Source: Octopus vulgaris
Taxonomy: Eukaryota
DNA: 64,000 nt
Assembly: GCA_951406725.2 (NCBI GenBank)
Contig: OX597833.1
Location: 22,320,001 to 22,384,000, forward strand
Direction: 5' to 3'
Below, one piece after another: positions 60,783 to 64,000 of this stretch (the first letter of the stretch is position 1; every line of letters begins with the position of its first letter). The notes under the pieces are model-generated. The model was given only the letters and a program-made list of their open reading frames with translations, did not search any database and was not told the DNA's origin. The translations under genes were made by a program, and so were the position numbers.

Positions 60783-62407
60783 CTAAGTTGCAAAATTAAA
60801 AAGAGAGTTTGAGCCTAGTATCAGTACTGATGGAAATAAAACTAATTTTTTGGAAAGAAAAAATCAAAACAAAGCATTTCAATAAATTAATAATTAATAG
60901 CCATATATATGTCTAAGTTTTAATTTTCTTAATATGAATTGTCCTAGATTCATTAGAAGCTATAAATAATAAGATTTTATCTTTTCAAAAATATAATCAT
61001 AAATATAATAGGCACAGGCATGGCTGTGTGATTCTTGGGCAAGTGTTTTCTACTATAGTTCTGGGCCAACCGAAGCCTTGTGAGAGGATTTGTTACACAG
61101 AAACTGAAAGAGACCTGAGTGTGTGTGTGTTACTGTCTCCTTGCCTTGACATCATGTGATAGTTGTAGCTTAGTGTCATCATCACAAGCAGTGTTCTTCA
61201 TTTCTAATCTTTCATGAAAAACATGTCTGGTCATGGGGAAATATTATGATCTCTCTTGGTAATTTAGCACCTATCAATAAGTATGGTTATCTTCCTCATC
61301 TTAGGCATGTCCTGTCATGAATGCAAGAACACAAACGTTACTCTATCTATCAGCATGCATTCCTTTTATTCTTTCTCCCTGGCAGTCACAAGGATGAAAC
61401 TACTATCATACAGAATGGACTGAAGATTTAAAAACAAGCTATGTACACACAAACAACTCGACAAAGCAGTATATATATTATACACTGTAAGACTTGCATT
61501 ATAATTATAATATCATCTTCAATATTGTAACAACATAATAATTGATATATAATAAATGGCCATTTTGATAATCAATTAATGCTTATCTTTAACCATTTCT
61601 CTAATGCATCTTCACATTAAATTCTATCGTTGCAGATCATTGGATAGATATGTAACAGGCTTCCTTTAGTTTCCGTCTACCAAATCCACTCACAAAGCTT
61701 TGATTGGCCCAGGACTATAGTAGAAGACATTTGCTTAAGGTTCCATACAGTTGGACTGAACATGGAACTATATCTTGTTGCTGTAGTTGTTGTTGTTCAT
61801 ATCAAGTTTGACCATGTTTCTGTTGGTGACAGTGACCAAACTAAGATGTATTTCAGTCTTGGGGCATTGCTTTAGTCAAAACTTTACAAGGTTAATCTAC
61901 TCAGAAAAAAATGAAAGGTTAAAAAAAATTTTTTTAAAGTGTCAAACCTACCATAGTGGTCAAGGAATAGCATACAACAGGTGTAATGTTATTGGTGTTG
62001 TTATACATGGCCACCTCTTTACTGGTCAAGTTTCTATATGAAAAGAAAGAAAAAATATATATATATACATATGTGTGTGTGTATATCCCTGGTTCTATGT
62101 AAAAAGCACCAGTGATGGTGTCACATAAAAAGCACTGGCGATGGTGCCTCATAAAAAGAACCGGTGATAGTGCCACATAAAAAGAACCAGTGATGGTGCC
62201 GTGTAAAAAGCATTGGTGATGGTGCCACGCAAAAAACACCCTGTACACTCTGTAAAGTGGTTGTTGTTAGAAAAGGCATCCAGTGGTAGAACCAAGCTAA
62301 AACAGACTAGTGAATCTGGTGCAGCCCCTGGCCTTGCTAGCTCATGTCAAATCATCCAATCTATAGCAGCATGGAAAACAGACGTTAAATGATGATGATG
62401 ATATATA

Positions 62408-62636
62408 TAGGGGAAGAACTCACAAAAAACAAAAGACAAAGACAGATGGTGTAGACAACAACCAGATGTATTAGTTTAACACTCAGGAAGTGAAAAAGTC
62501 TTTAATGTTTCGAGCCTATGCTCTTTCACAGAAAGAAACAAGGAGAGAAAATAAAGAATGTGTAGTGGCTAGCGATCTATCATGGTGAATGCCAGACAGA
62601 GGGGTCACACAAGAGAGCTAGGAAGAAGGGGAGATA
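62408..62636 (-). mobile_element. Penelope-like pLTR fragment with degenerate hammerhead-like motif
   Basis: Minus strand reads CTTT-CTGTGAA-AGAGCATAGGCTC-GAAACATT-AAAG; abuts (TA)n; same family as 48652-48817. Confidence 0.55.
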
Positions 62637-63649
62637 TTAAGTTTCATACTGTAGAGATATAATAGTTTGGTAGATTTATATAACATGTCCTGTATCTTCA
62701 AGCAATCTTTCGGGCTCAGTTCATACCATTAGGTACATGACATATTATATAAATCTGCCAAATTATTGTATCTCTACATCATGAAACTATTAGCAGCTCT
62801 TTTCTTAAATTCTTTGAATATCAAATGATATTTCTCTCTCACTGGATGGATTACGTTTTTGTTGATCCTACCTATAACAGAATAGTAAGATATACATAAA
62901 TATTTATGAGCAAAATTTAGGCTAGTTGAAATATGTTTGTCCCATATCTCAGCTACTAAAGGCAAATACACTGCAGTTACCGTGGAGAAAAAAATCTCTC
63001 TTATGGTAAAAAGGTATGAAAACACCCAGTTTGTTCAGTGTTGCCAGTGGGGTACGAGGTAATCTGGCCATGTGGAAACAGGTGAGGGTTAGCAACAAGT
63101 AGGGCATCCAGTTATAGAAAATCTGCCAATAGTTGTTGTAGACAAACAACAGCAGTAATTTTATTCAGCTGAATACACGTCATTGACTGGTTGAAATTAC
63201 CAAAATACTACAACTTTAACGTGAAATAACTTCCTAAAGATAAGCTTTTCTCAAAAACGCTAAGAGTAAAAGATGTTTTATATGACACATTCTACCAGTG
63301 TCTGAAGTTTGAAAGTATTTAGTTACAAAAAATTATTTTCTAAATCTGCCAGTCAAAAGGTAAAGATCCAAACAATCAATACAAATTAAGATTCCACCTC
63401 TTTAGAACCAGTAAATATTTCAGCATTAATCAGTTGTTGGCTCTCTACAAAGCTCATATATGACCCATGTTAGAGTACTGCTTACATCTATGGAGCAGTA
63501 CTGCTGCTACACACACACAGCTGCTTGACAATGATTTACTCACCAACAAACAGCTACCATGATTTCTACAGTTACTTGAGTATTTTTTAGTCTGCCTGCT
63601 TCTATCTCTACTACAACAGCTTTTGTTATTCTGGACTTATGATCTACAC

Positions 63650-63987
63650 TAGTGGTTCTCAACTAGGGTCCATATGATCCCTGGAGATCCATATAAGATT
63701 TTTGTAGGGTTCACATAAGCAAAATAGTAAATTGGGTCCACAGTATTATTTTAAGGATCAATGAAAAAATGTTGCCATAGATGCATTTATTGCAAGAAAC
63801 AGCTAAGTTTCTTTCTTTAATGTTTTACATAGTTCAAACTACAGAAGTAAATTGAGATGAACAAAATAGTAATTTTGAAAGAAGTGCCTCTAAAATTAAT
63901 TTTTAAACATCAAATGCCGATGAGAGTCCACCAGAATAAAACAGCAAGCAAAGGAGCCCATAGATAAAAAATGGTTGAGAAACACTG
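63650..63987. mobile_element. hAT (Charlie-type) MITE
   Basis: TIRs TAGTGGTTCTCAAC / GTTGAGAAACACTG; 8-bp TSD ATCTACAC at 63642-49 and 63988-95. Confidence 0.88.
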
Positions 63988-64000
63988 ATCTACACTGACC

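Noticed and set aside
63540-63600. Minus-strand donor GTGAGT as a further CTU2 exon
   Set aside because: No reading I tried resembles the expected CTU2 RPMRD...YN segment; upstream exons probably lie beyond the window.

Overview
AT-rich, repeat-dense eukaryotic DNA. The microsatellite load and the SINE, RTE and Penelope families point to an octopus (coleoid cephalopod) genome; this is inference. Two spliced protein-coding genes were reconstructed by hand. SSR1 (TRAP-alpha) is complete on + with 9 exons (21832-50338, 918 nt, 305 aa) and a 17-kb first intron. The last six coding exons of CTU2 lie on - (60782 to 51500), converging tail-to-tail with SSR1. The rest is transposon debris (mariner, Tc1, hAT, piggyBac-like and palindromic MITEs, a Helitron, RTE, Tx1/L1-like and R4/Dong-like LINE remnants, several tRNA-derived SINE families), a decayed tRNA-Glu gene and long microsatellites. 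The most notable element is a non-coding 748-bp insertion (12448-13195): a 588-nt unit with a perfect 160-bp terminal redundancy, carrying a well-formed type I hammerhead ribozyme with a variant CCGAUGA core and a long stem II. It looks like a young retrozyme or non-autonomous Penelope-type RNA element. Two degenerate hammerhead-like motifs of a second Penelope-type family also occur. Most long ORFs in the supplied track are microsatellite artefacts.
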